This document shows, piece by piece, positions 43,323 through 52,450 of a stretch of 53,409 nucleotides of DNA. Position 1 is the first letter of the stretch. Each line of letters begins with the position of its first letter. Position numbers and translations under genes: made by a program. The stretch lies in the NCBI GenBank assembly GCA_031392105.1, contig JANMUW010000267.1:1-53409 (forward strand), written 5' to 3'. Source of the stretch: Acidobacteriota bacterium (lineage in GTDB: Bacteria; Acidobacteriota; Blastocatellia; Pyrinomonadales; Pyrinomonadaceae). The notes beneath the pieces were generated by a model. That model was given only the letters and a program-made list of their open reading frames with translations, searched no databases and was not told where the DNA came from.

Positions 43323-44024
43323 ATGAGATTAAACAAACCTTACATTACGCTGCTGCTTGTTGTTATCTCGGCTGGTATTGCGGGCGGGCAAGAGTTACCG
43401 CCGGATACGGACTTTCAGGTCTGGCACGAGACGACCTTTGTTCTGCCTATCGTCAAAGCGAAGGATGACAAAGGGAAAAGTTTTGACAGACTTTCCCTGC
43501 TGATGATCGCATCCTTAAGGCTCGGACAGAACCGCCTGGCACCGGTTGACGAACGAATCGGCGGCGGCTTCGATCTAGTACTGAATAAGAATTTCAACTT
43601 TTCGCCGACATACTTATACATTGCCGCACAGCCGGCCCGCGGCAGAAAAGAATTCGAGCATCGACTTCGTTTCGAGCTAACTTACAACTACAAGTTCAAA
43701 CACTTTTCGATCAAAGACCGGAACCGAGTCGAGCATCGGATGGTGAATTCACGTATCAACACGACCCGATATCGGAATCGTATAAGCCTGCACGTACCAG
43801 TCAAGCGGGATGGTAAGGAGTTGTTTGTGCCGTTCGTTTCCACCGAGCCGTACTATAACTTCACTATCAAGCAATGGGTACGAAACGATTTCGCGGCGGG
43901 TATCACAAAGAAGTTCAACGACCGGCTGTCCGCGGATTTCTTCGGCGGCTGGCGATACAACCGCGCGGGGTTGCCTAAGGACGTACTTATTCTGGGCGCT
44001 AATTTGAAAGTCAAGCTCAAGTGA
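43323..44024 (+). CDS. Putative outer-membrane protein (DUF2490-like)
   Basis: Signal peptide, then alternating beta-strand-like segments with frequent aromatic ends. The family assignment is from memory only. Confidence 0.5.
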   Translation: MRLNKPYITLLLVVISAGIAGGQELPPDTDFQVWHETTFVLPIVKAKDDKGKSFDRLSLLMIASLRLGQNRLAPVDERIGGGFDLVLNKNFNFSPTYLYIAAQPARGRKEFEHRLRFELTYNYKFKHFSIKDRNRVEHRMVNSRINTTRYRNRISLHVPVKRDGKELFVPFVSTEPYYNFTIKQWVRNDFAAGITKKFNDRLSADFFGGWRYNRAGLPKDVLILGANLKVKLK

Positions 44025-44054
44025 TTTGAGACGGAGAACCGTCGCTTTTAGTAC

Positions 44055-44735
44055 TTACTCGGACGGAGGTGTTGGCGAACCGTAGCGGTGCTTGATGAAG
44101 GCGGCTTCACGGAGATAAACGTTGAGCTCGCAAATGTCTTTCACATAGTCTCCGATCCGCTCGAGGTGCTTGGCCACAAACAGCAGATGAGCGGCTCCGG
44201 TCGTAGCTGCCGGGTTATCGATCATCATCTCGAGAAGTTCGCTAAAGACACGGCGATACGCTTCGTCGATCAACCTGTCGCGCTCGATGATCTCGCGGGA
44301 AAGCGCGGCATCCTCGCTGGTAAACGCATCAAGTGCAGAGCGAAGCATTTCGGTCGCGGTCTGCGCCATGATCGGAAAGTCGACGTAATTCTTAGTATGC
44401 GGCTCGTTATTTAGTATTATCGCGGCCTCGGCAATACTGCCCGCATGGTCCGCGATCCTTTCCAGGATCGGCGTTATCTTCGCGACCGAGATGACGAAGC
44501 GCAGATCGTGCGCCGCGGGTTGCTGTAGCGCGATTATCTCAATACTTAGACGATCGATCTCGAGCTCCATCTGATCGATGATCTTGTCTTCCTCGAGCAC
44601 CTGCTTTGCGAGCTCGCTGTCGCGCTCTACGAGAGACTGCATCGCCCTCTGAACGGCTTGCTCCGTGGCACCGCCAAGCAGAAGGATCTTATCGCGAAGG
44701 TGGTCTAATTGTTGGTCAATGATCCGATGATCCAT
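44055..44735 (-). CDS. phoU: Phosphate signalling complex protein PhoU
   Basis: Two PhoU repeats (E..D..ID and RIGDYVKDICE), directly after pstB. Confidence 0.88.
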   Translation of the reverse strand: MDHRIIDQQLDHLRDKILLLGGATEQAVQRAMQSLVERDSELAKQVLEEDKIIDQMELEIDRLSIEIIALQQPAAHDLRFVISVAKITPILERIADHAGSIAEAAIILNNEPHTKNYVDFPIMAQTATEMLRSALDAFTSEDAALSREIIERDRLIDEAYRRVFSELLEMMIDNPAATTGAAHLLFVAKHLERIGDYVKDICELNVYLREAAFIKHRYGSPTPPSE

Positions 44736-44779
44736 GTTTTATTTATCCTAACACAGAAGAAAACCCAGCTAATTTCTAA

Positions 44780-45538
44780 TCATCCAAACCGGCCGGTGAT
44801 ATAGTCCTCAGTCAATTTCTCATCCGGATTCTGGAAGACCTTGTCGGTTCGGTTGAATTCGATGAGCTTACCAAGCATGAAGAACGCCGTCCGGTCCGAA
44901 ACGCGGGCAGCCTGCTGCATGTTGTGGGTGACTATCACGATCGTATAATTCCGCTTCAATTCGACAACTAACTCCTCGATCTTTTGCGTTGCGATCGGAT
45001 CGAGGGCAGAGGCAGGTTCGTCCATCAACACGACCTCCGGCTCGACCGCCAACGCTCGGGCAATGCACAGCCGCTGCTGTTGGCCACCGGACAGTCCAAA
45101 CGCCGACATGTTCAACCTGTCCTTAACTTCCTCCCAAAGCGCCGCGTTCCGAAGGGCATTCTCGACTCTGTCCTTTAGATCGGTCTTGTTCGAATGAATT
45201 CCGTTGATCTTAATTCCGTATGCGACGTTATCGAAGATCGACTTCGGGAACGGGTTCGACTTCTGAAAGACCATTCCAACCTTCCGTCGAAGAGCGACGA
45301 CATCGGTACCGGCTGCGTAGATATTCTCGCCGTCGATAATAACCTCACCTTCAACACGAGCCCCGGGGATGGTGTCGTTCATTCGATTCAGCGTGCGGAT
45401 GAAAGTCGATTTGCCACAGCCCGACGGGCCGATAAAGGCGACGACCTCGCGCTCCGGGATCTCAAGCGAAATGCCGTGCAGAGCTTGGACCTTGCCGTAA
45501 AAGAAATCCAGATTGGAAATACTGATTTTCGTTTGCAT
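44780..45538 (-). CDS. pstB: Phosphate ABC transporter ATP-binding protein PstB
   Basis: Contains [34 protein letters not shown] and [13 protein letters not shown]. Confidence 0.95.
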   Translation of the reverse strand: MQTKISISNLDFFYGKVQALHGISLEIPEREVVAFIGPSGCGKSTFIRTLNRMNDTIPGARVEGEVIIDGENIYAAGTDVVALRRKVGMVFQKSNPFPKSIFDNVAYGIKINGIHSNKTDLKDRVENALRNAALWEEVKDRLNMSAFGLSGGQQQRLCIARALAVEPEVVLMDEPASALDPIATQKIEELVVELKRNYTIVIVTHNMQQAARVSDRTAFFMLGKLIEFNRTDKVFQNPDEKLTEDYITGRFG

Positions 45539-45545
45539 CCCGTTG

Positions 45546-46400
45546 CTAAAATCTTTTCCTCGTCACAAACCTTACCAGGATATTAATAAGAAGTATCAAA
45601 CCTACAAGTATCAGCGTTGCGGCCCACGCCATCGCGTGTTCGACCTCGAACGGGCCAGTCGCGTAGTTAAATATCTGGACGGTGAGAGACGACATCGGCT
45701 GGTCGTAATATAAATTGTAGAACCTGCTATTGAGCGCCGTGAAAAGCAGCGGTGCGGTCTCACCCGTTACGCGTGCAATTGCCAGCATCGCTCCGGTCGC
45801 AATTCCGGAAGCGGCGGCCGGTAGGACGATATTTAGCGAGACGCGCCATTGCGGTGCTCCCAGAGCAAGAGCGCCTTCGCGCATCGAATTAGGGACGAGC
45901 CGGATCATTTCCTCGGTAGTTCGGGCAACGATCGGAAGCATGATGATGGCGAGGGCGAGTCCCCCCGCGAGTCCTGATTGCCGGCCCATTGGCAACACGA
46001 CGAGTGTGTAAACAAAGATCCCGATGATTATCGAGGGAATGCCGATAAGAGTGTCGGCAATAAATCTGACCGTGTTCCCAAACCAATTTCTGCCATACTC
46101 CGCGAGATAAATGCCTGCCGCGATACCGACGGGTAATCCAATGACCGCCGCCAGCAGTGTCATCATTGCCGATCCGGCGATCGCGTTACCGATTCCCCCG
46201 CCCTCGCCTACCGGTTTCGGGGTTCCCACGAGAAACTCAAAGCTCAACGACGAGATGCCGCGGACGGCGATGTACGAGACGATCAGTAGCAGGATGGCCG
46301 TTGCGAAGATCGCGCAAATAGCCGTCAGGCTCGTCATAAGCGTGTTCGTCAGCCGCCGCCGCCGACCAAAAAGTGTCGTCGCGCTCCCCATATCAATCAA
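45546..46400 (-). CDS. pstA: Phosphate ABC transporter permease PstA
   Basis: Polytopic permease containing EGALALGA..W, at the expected position in the operon. Confidence 0.88.
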   Translation of the reverse strand: MIDMGSATTLFGRRRRLTNTLMTSLTAICAIFATAILLLIVSYIAVRGISSLSFEFLVGTPKPVGEGGGIGNAIAGSAMMTLLAAVIGLPVGIAAGIYLAEYGRNWFGNTVRFIADTLIGIPSIIIGIFVYTLVVLPMGRQSGLAGGLALAIIMLPIVARTTEEMIRLVPNSMREGALALGAPQWRVSLNIVLPAAASGIATGAMLAIARVTGETAPLLFTALNSRFYNLYYDQPMSSLTVQIFNYATGPFEVEHAMAWAATLILVGLILLINILVRFVTRKRF

Positions 46401-47323
46401 ATACTCTTCGCCCCTCCGCCTCGCGCGACGCTAAGAATCAATAGCTTCGCAAATGCGTTAACAACGAACGTGACAAGGAAAAGGACGAGCCCGATCTCGA
46501 TCAGGGCGCTCAGGTAAATCTTGTCCGTCGCCTCCGCAAAGTTTGCGGCAAGAAGCGAAGCGATCGTATTCGCAGGCTCGAATAACGAAGCTGTTATCTG
46601 AGGCGAATTACCGATGACCATTGTTACGGCCATCGTCTCTCCGATAGCCCGGCCAAGGCCCAGCACGACAGCTCCGGCGATGCCTGACGCAGCGTTCCTT
46701 AGTACGATTGTTGTCGTTTCCCACTTCGTCGCACCGAGGGCGAGTGCAGCCTCCCGCTGTGTGGTGGGCACGGCTTCCAGCACATCCCGGACCACGGCGG
46801 TGATTATCGGCGTTATCATGAGTGCGAGGATGATCGAGCCGGTTAACATACCGATTCCCGTCAGCCGTCCCTGAAACAGCGGGACAAATCCGAAATTGCC
46901 TTGCAAAAACGGACCAAGATAGTTACGGATGAACGGAGCCAGGACGAATATACCCCACAGGCCGTAGACAACCGACGGGATCGCCGCTAACAGCTCAACC
47001 ATAAATGCGATCGGACGTGCGATCTTTTGCGGAGCCTGTTCGACGAGAAAGATCGCTATGCCTAGCGAGATGGGAACTGACAGCAGCAGCCCGATGACCG
47101 ACGAGACGACCGTACCGTAAATAAACGGTAACGCACCGAAACTCTCCTGGGCGGGCTTCCATTCGCGGCCGAAGAAAAACCCTGCGCCAAAGCGCTCGAG
47201 TGTCGGCATCGCACTCTGTGCCATCATGACAAATATTGCGGCCACGATGACTAGAATGCTCGCGGCCGCACAGAGAACGAGAGTACGAAAAATTTTGTCG
47301 CCGATGGCGCCGGTACTTGCCAA
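46397..47323 (-). CDS. pstC: Phosphate ABC transporter permease PstC
   Basis: Polytopic permease containing REAALALGATKWE. It overlaps the pstA start by 4 nt. Confidence 0.88.
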   Translation of the reverse strand: MASTGAIGDKIFRTLVLCAAASILVIVAAIFVMMAQSAMPTLERFGAGFFFGREWKPAQESFGALPFIYGTVVSSVIGLLLSVPISLGIAIFLVEQAPQKIARPIAFMVELLAAIPSVVYGLWGIFVLAPFIRNYLGPFLQGNFGFVPLFQGRLTGIGMLTGSIILALMITPIITAVVRDVLEAVPTTQREAALALGATKWETTTIVLRNAASGIAGAVVLGLGRAIGETMAVTMVIGNSPQITASLFEPANTIASLLAANFAEATDKIYLSALIEIGLVLFLVTFVVNAFAKLLILSVARGGGAKSI

Positions 47324-47324
47324 C

Positions 47325-48425
47325 TTACTGTCGCAGCGGTTTGCCGCTGTTAGTTATTGAATTGATCTTCGTCTCGACCTTTTTTATTACCTCGGCCGGG
47401 AGCGGAGCGTAATGAAGCTCGGCTGCAAACTTTTCTCCATCGTGTAACGCCCACCACAGGAAATCGACAAGAGCCTTTCCCTTGGAAGCGTCACCCTGAT
47501 CCTTATAGACCAGAATATATGTGTAGCTCGAGATCGGATAAACACCCGCTCCTTCAGCATCTGTGATCTGTACGCGAAGATCATCCGGCATTTTCGCAAC
47601 GGAGCCAGCCGCTGCGGTTTTGACCGTCTCTATGCTTGCGTCGATAAACTCGCCGGCTTTGTTCTTGATTTGGGCGGCGGGAAGCGTATTGGCTTTTGCG
47701 AAGGTCAATTCCACGTAGCCGATCGAATTTGGCGTCTGCTTGACTTGTCCCATCACGCCGTCATTCCCTTTCGCTCCGACTCCGACGCCGGTGATCCAGC
47801 TTGGTTGTTTATTCATGCCGACCTTGGCTTTCCAATCCGGAGAGGTCTTCGAAAGAAAATCCGTAAATACTGCCGAGGTGCCGCTCGAATCCGCTCGGTA
47901 AACCGGCAGGATGTCGGCGTCAGGAAGGGTTACACCGGGATTATCCTTTGCGAGTCTTTCGTCGTTCCACTTCTTGATGTTGCCGAGATAAATGTCAGAG
48001 ATCGTTTGCCCCGAAAGCTTCAACGGCTGTTTCACACTCTCAAGATTGTACGTAAGCACCACTGCACCGAGAACGGTCGGAATATGAAGGATCTCGCCGG
48101 TAGCAGATTTCAGATCGTCGTCGCTCATCGGATCGTCCGAAGCTCCGAAATCGGCTGTTTTCGCAAGCAGGGCTTTTTGACCTGCTCCCGATCCCGTCGC
48201 TTGATAATCGATCTTGACTGCCGGATTAACCTTGCCGAATTCGTTCACCCATTTCTCGTAGATCGGCTTAGGAAAGCTCGCCCCCGAACCCTGCAGCCGA
48301 ACTGTGCTGCCGCTGCTCTGAACGTTTGTGTCACCCCCCTGACCCATCTTTTGGCCGCTGCATGCGATGCTGGCAACAACAAAAACGAGAACGAAGGTAT
48401 ATTTCGCAATTGATCCATGATTCAT
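47325..48425 (-). CDS. pstS: Phosphate-binding protein PstS
   Basis: Lipoprotein-like signal (..VVASIACSG). Contains GSGASFP, YQATGSGAGQ and FGASDDPM. Confidence 0.9.
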   Translation of the reverse strand: MNHGSIAKYTFVLVFVVASIACSGQKMGQGGDTNVQSSGSTVRLQGSGASFPKPIYEKWVNEFGKVNPAVKIDYQATGSGAGQKALLAKTADFGASDDPMSDDDLKSATGEILHIPTVLGAVVLTYNLESVKQPLKLSGQTISDIYLGNIKKWNDERLAKDNPGVTLPDADILPVYRADSSGTSAVFTDFLSKTSPDWKAKVGMNKQPSWITGVGVGAKGNDGVMGQVKQTPNSIGYVELTFAKANTLPAAQIKNKAGEFIDASIETVKTAAAGSVAKMPDDLRVQITDAEGAGVYPISSYTYILVYKDQGDASKGKALVDFLWWALHDGEKFAAELHYAPLPAEVIKKVETKINSITNSGKPLRQ

Positions 48426-48478
48426 AGGGCAAATTATACGGTAATCAAAGTTCCCAATCAGGGGCCGACGGTCGCAGA

Positions 48479-48507
48479 GTTAACATCCTGTTAACATCGT
48501 TCTCATG
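48479..48507. promoter_or_regulatory. Pho-box-like direct repeats upstream of pstS
   Basis: GTTAACATCCT GTTAACATCGT TCTCATG. Two perfect GTTAACATC copies lie exactly 11 bp apart (48479 and 48490), with a degenerate third. The word is the same as in the pit control region. Confidence 0.6.
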
Positions 48508-48603
48508 GCGATTCGTGTATTATAGACAGCCTCAACAAAATCTATTGTCCATGGCCGGGCGGCGGATCGGATAGCCGCGAAACGCTGGTACGTTTAGGAG
48601 CAT

Positions 48604-48804
48604 ATGAATCTGATAAACGAATTGGGCACAGACCTCGCACTCGCGGTCCTCGTCGAGCAGCGCTACCGGCAGAAGATCGATTCCGAAGATGCATTGGCGT
48701 TGATCACCCGTGTAAGACGGCTCTTGGAGTCAGCTTCGCACGAAACGGCCCGCGTTGAACGCACCACCGGTCCGGAAAAGACACGTATTTCATCGGCCCA
48801 CTGA
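48604..48804 (+). CDS. Small hypothetical protein (66 aa)
   Basis: AGGAG lies 4 nt upstream of the ATG. The composition is helical and ordinary. I recognise no family. Confidence 0.45.
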   Translation: MNLINELGTDLALAVLVEQRYRQKIDSEDALALITRVRRLLESASHETARVERTTGPEKTRISSAH

Positions 48805-48951
48805 TTATTTACCATCCCCTCGCCATTGGGGCTTTTTCGGCGAACCACTTCGAGTCCCGAGCACATCAAATCCCCGCCAAAACTTATGGTTGATTCGCGC
48901 TTTCCCGGTAGCCTAGAATCGATCATGTGAGAACTATCCGGAGATTTAAAA

Positions 48952-50367
48952 ATGAGAACACCGTCAATACCTAGACGCTTGGCGTCGGCCGCTCTGATCT
49001 GGACGCTTGCTGTATTACCGCTGGTGGCGCAGACGCGCGTCACGATGCCGAAGAACAAATACAAGGTACAGGACGACGTGAAACTCGGGCGCGATGCCTC
49101 ACGACAGGTCACGCAACAGTTCCCGTTGCTCAATGACAATCAATCCGAACGATATATTGAGAGCGTCGGCGAGCGACTCGTCGCGGCCATCCCGCAGGAA
49201 TTTCAACAGTCGGCGTTCGATTATCAGTTCGATGTCGTGAATGCCCGAGACATTAATGCGTTCGCTCTCCCGGGCGGACCGATGTACGTAAATCGCGGAA
49301 TGATCGAGGCGGCGAAGAATGAAGGCGAGATGGCCGGCGTCATGGCTCATGAAATCAGCCACGTCGCGCTTCGTCATGCGACGGCTCAGGCGACGAAGCA
49401 GAACAGTATCGGCAATCAGCTAGGCACGATCGGATTGATACTCGGCGGAGCTATCCTCGGTGGTCAGGGCGGTGCCCAGCTTGGAGCTGCCGGCGCCCAG
49501 GTTCTACAGACGCGTTACAGCCGAGATTATGAAACTCAGGCGGACGTCCTCGGGTCACGGATCATGGCGAACGCCGGATACGACCCGCGCGATCTGGCGA
49601 ACATGTTCCGGACGATCGAGCAGCAAAGCTCAGGCGGCCGGGCTCCGGAATGGATGAGCACTCATCCGAATCCCGGAAATCGCTTTCAGAACATCAATCG
49701 AGAAGCGAGCCTCTTGAACGTCGTTCCGAACCCTCGGAAAGTAACCCCGGAATTCCGTCGCGTTCAGGAACGCCTGCGAAGTATGCCGCGTGCGCGTTCG
49801 ATGGCTGAGATACAACGTGATTATCAGAGGACCGGCGGAAGCGGGAACACTTCACAGGGCCAGAGCCCGATCGCGAACGGGAACTATTCTCGCACCGTCG
49901 CAGCTCCGTCTACGGGGACTCGCGTTTATTCGAACAGTGCGATGAGCGCGAACATACCGAGTAACTGGCAAGACTTCAATACGAGCGGCCAGGTGTGGTT
50001 CGCTCCCGAGGGCGCGTACGGCAGCAATGGGATCACACACGGAGCGATGATCGGCGCGGCGCGTTCAAACTCGACGAATCTAAGCCAGGCCACGAGTCAG
50101 TACATCGACGAGTTGCTTCAGGCGAACAGTTATTTGCAACAAACCGGAAGCCAGCGAAGCTCAACGGTCGCCGGTCGCACCGGCATCATGACCGTCCTTT
50201 CAGGCCGTTCCTCTGTGACGGGCCGAAACGAGGTCGTTACCGTTTACACGGCACAGCTTCGTAGCGGAGGTCTCTTTTTCATCGCCACCGTGTCGCCTGA
50301 AGAAGAGGTTTATCGGTACAATTCGGCATTCAGGAACTTGGTTTCTTCGATTCAATTGAATGACTAA
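48952..50367 (+). CDS. M48 family metallopeptidase with C-terminal extension
   Basis: Signal peptide, then FALPGGPMYVNRG and GVMAHEISHVALRH (HExxH), and later E..AD. Confidence 0.88.
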   Translation: MRTPSIPRRLASAALIWTLAVLPLVAQTRVTMPKNKYKVQDDVKLGRDASRQVTQQFPLLNDNQSERYIESVGERLVAAIPQEFQQSAFDYQFDVVNARDINAFALPGGPMYVNRGMIEAAKNEGEMAGVMAHEISHVALRHATAQATKQNSIGNQLGTIGLILGGAILGGQGGAQLGAAGAQVLQTRYSRDYETQADVLGSRIMANAGYDPRDLANMFRTIEQQSSGGRAPEWMSTHPNPGNRFQNINREASLLNVVPNPRKVTPEFRRVQERLRSMPRARSMAEIQRDYQRTGGSGNTSQGQSPIANGNYSRTVAAPSTGTRVYSNSAMSANIPSNWQDFNTSGQVWFAPEGAYGSNGITHGAMIGAARSNSTNLSQATSQYIDELLQANSYLQQTGSQRSSTVAGRTGIMTVLSGRSSVTGRNEVVTVYTAQLRSGGLFFIATVSPEEEVYRYNSAFRNLVSSIQLND

Positions 50368-50370
50368 AGA

Positions 50371-50486
50371 AGTGACGAGTGACAAGTGATGAGTGACGAG
50401 TGATGAGTGATGACTGGCGAGAAGAGTAGCTGACACCATCTTCGCCATCTCCTGACTCCCGTCACTCATCTGTCGTCACTCGTCAC
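50371..50486. repeat. Heptamer-array palindrome (six AGTGAYR repeats plus inverted partner)
   Basis: AGTGACG AGTGACA AGTGATG AGTGACG AGTGATG AGTGATG (50371-50412) faces GTCACTCATCTGTCGTCACTCGTCAC (50461-50486). The right arm encodes the MFS C-terminus (..VTSDDR). Confidence 0.8.
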
Positions 50487-51713
50487 CGCCCTTTGCCGGA
50501 CCGTCAGCAGACACGCCGACGCAATGATCGAGATCGCCGCGCTCATCAGGAACGCCGGCGCAGCACCGAACTCACTCCAGACAAATCCGAAGATGATCGA
50601 CGCCGGAAAGACGGTGATGCCGTATGCGAGATTATATAGGCCGAATGCCGTTCCGCGTTTTTCGTCGGAAACCAGGTCGGCGACGAGGGCTTTCTCAACG
50701 CCTTCGGTCAGTCCAAAGTAGAGGCCATAAATAATAAACAGGGTCCACGCCTGCCACGCCGAATCGGCAAACGCGAATCCTGCGTAGACGACGGCGTAGA
50801 TCACCCATCCGGTTAAAATAAGTGTCTTCCGTCCGACCTTGTCCGAGAGATCTCCGCCGATGATCGAGCTAAACAGTTTGCTGAAATGGAGGGCCATCCA
50901 GAGCAACGGCAGCATCGCCGGCGCGACACCGGTTTGCTCGGCGCGAAGGAGAAGGAACGCATCGGTCGAGTTCGATAACGTAAAGAGCGCGACAACGACG
51001 AGAAAGCGTTTGAAATTCGAATCGAATGCCCGAAATGAAAACTTGATCGGCGCCGCGTCGATCTCGGGTATCGGTTTCCTGGCTTCCCGGACGAAGAAGA
51101 CAATGACGAACAATCCGATCGCGACCGGGATCGACGCAAACAGGAAAACCTGTTGGTACTCGCGCGCGGTCGGTGTCGCGGGGTCGACGGCAAGGTAAGT
51201 CAGAAGTAAAAACGCGACGACCGGCCCGACAACGGCGCCGAGATGATCGGCAGCACGGTTAAATCCGAAAGCAAGGCCCCGCGAATTGTCGGGAACCGTC
51301 GCCGCAAGCAACGCATCGCGTGGAGCTCCTCGGATCCCCTTACCGATCCGATCCGTCATTCGAACGGCGAGCACCTGCGGCCAGCTGGTTACAAAAGCTA
51401 GCAACGGACGCACGACAGCTGCCAGCGCATATCCGAGAAAGACGGGCAGTTTTCGATTACCCAACTTATCGCTCAGATAGCCCGAGAAAAGCTTGAGGAT
51501 GCTGGCGATCGATTCGGCAAAGCCTTCGATCAAGCCTATGGCGAACGGACTGGCGCCAAGCGTCAGCGCGAGAAAGGTCGGTAGAAGCGGATATATGATC
51601 TCGCTCGAGGTGTCGTTGAGAAAGCTGACAATGCTGAGAGCAAAGACCGTCGGCGAAAGATTGCGATATCGCCGCAACAATCCCGTACGCTTGTCATTGT
51701 CCGATTCGTTCAT
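50466..51713 (-). CDS. MFS transporter
   Basis: 415 aa with about 12 TM helices. Contains the MFS loop motifs DRIGKG and LSDKLGNRK. Confidence 0.85.
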   Translation of the reverse strand: MNESDNDKRTGLLRRYRNLSPTVFALSIVSFLNDTSSEIIYPLLPTFLALTLGASPFAIGLIEGFAESIASILKLFSGYLSDKLGNRKLPVFLGYALAAVVRPLLAFVTSWPQVLAVRMTDRIGKGIRGAPRDALLAATVPDNSRGLAFGFNRAADHLGAVVGPVVAFLLLTYLAVDPATPTAREYQQVFLFASIPVAIGLFVIVFFVREARKPIPEIDAAPIKFSFRAFDSNFKRFLVVVALFTLSNSTDAFLLLRAEQTGVAPAMLPLLWMALHFSKLFSSIIGGDLSDKVGRKTLILTGWVIYAVVYAGFAFADSAWQAWTLFIIYGLYFGLTEGVEKALVADLVSDEKRGTAFGLYNLAYGITVFPASIIFGFVWSEFGAAPAFLMSAAISIIASACLLTVRQRAVTSDDR

Positions 51714-51740
51714 ACCCGTCCAAAGGATGAAGACAGTTTT

Positions 51741-51811
51741 GCCCGCGAAAAACGCGAACGGCGCGAAAAGTCGGTTTTTCTCTTTCGCGTTATTTCGCGT
51801 TTATCGCGGGC
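51741..51811. repeat. 71-bp palindromic element, GCCCGCGAAA family (second copy)
   Basis: GCCCGCGAAAAACGCGAACGGCGCGAAAAG faces CTCTTTCGCGTTATTTCGCGTTTATCGCGGGC. Length and termini match the element at 40007-40077. Confidence 0.8.
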
Positions 51812-51825
51812 GATCTTTTCTTCAA

Positions 51826-52068
51826 CTACCGCCGCCTGTTAGCGGGCGGTTTCAGCTTTGGTGTAGCGTCCGTGCTGAAATACCAAAGCGAGACGCTGCC
51901 AGCGACCGCGATGACGAGAATCACGACGACGATCACCAGTCGGATCGCCATTTTCGCAGTTTTCTTAAGAGCCTTGAACGCGATGTAGGCTGCTCCGGCG
52001 AGGATCAGAAAAAAAGATACGGCGGCAACCGCACCGATCATCCCACCGCTTGGTGCTATATCCAGCAT
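51826..52068 (-). CDS. Small two-TM membrane protein
   Basis: 80 aa with two hydrophobic helices (GMIGAVAAVSFFLILAGAAYIAF and LVIVVVILVIAVAGSVSLWYF). It lies 2 nt downstream of yacG. Confidence 0.5.
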   Translation of the reverse strand: MLDIAPSGGMIGAVAAVSFFLILAGAAYIAFKALKKTAKMAIRLVIVVVILVIAVAGSVSLWYFSTDATPKLKPPANRRR

Positions 52069-52070
52069 GA

Positions 52071-52277
52071 TTATTTTCCCTGCTTCTCTTCTAACGCTTT
52101 TTCGATCTCGGCGACATCGTCTTCGCCCAGTTCTGCGTGTTCAGCCGGAAGGCTATATTCCTCGTCAGCCCAAGCACCAAAATCAAGTAACTTGCATCTC
52201 TCCGAACAGAACGGCCGGAACTCGTTTCCCTGAAATGGCGTTTCTTTCCCGCAATGCGGACACTTAACAACCGTCAT
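52071..52277 (-). CDS. yacG: DNA gyrase inhibitor YacG (zinc finger)
   Basis: Contains [39 protein letters not shown] 52277 is preferred. The ORF-track N-terminal extension has no support. Confidence 0.8.
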   Translation of the reverse strand: MTVVKCPHCGKETPFQGNEFRPFCSERCKLLDFGAWADEEYSLPAEHAELGEDDVAEIEKALEEKQGK

Positions 52278-52450
52278 AAAACACTCGTGAACTGAAAGGT
52301 TAACACACGGCGAAGCCGATTTTCGAGGCGAAAAAACTCTTGTACCGACGTCCCGCAAGATGGTAATTATACAAAGGCCGTGTGCGAAACAGCATCAAAG
52401 CGAACAATCGGACAAAACGGTTCGTACTTGAGACAGGAGTTTGCAAAACG

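Noticed and set aside
50200-50469. 89-aa minus-strand ORF with HHSSLVTHHLSLVT repeats
   Set aside because: It is a translation artefact of the heptamer DNA array. A 7-nt period cannot be a coding repeat, and the ORF overlaps the M48 gene 3-prime end.
51493-52233. 246-aa plus-strand ORF
   Set aside because: It overlaps the MFS start, runs through the 71-bp palindrome, and is antisense to the small membrane-protein and yacG genes. Its composition is Arg/Ser-rich.
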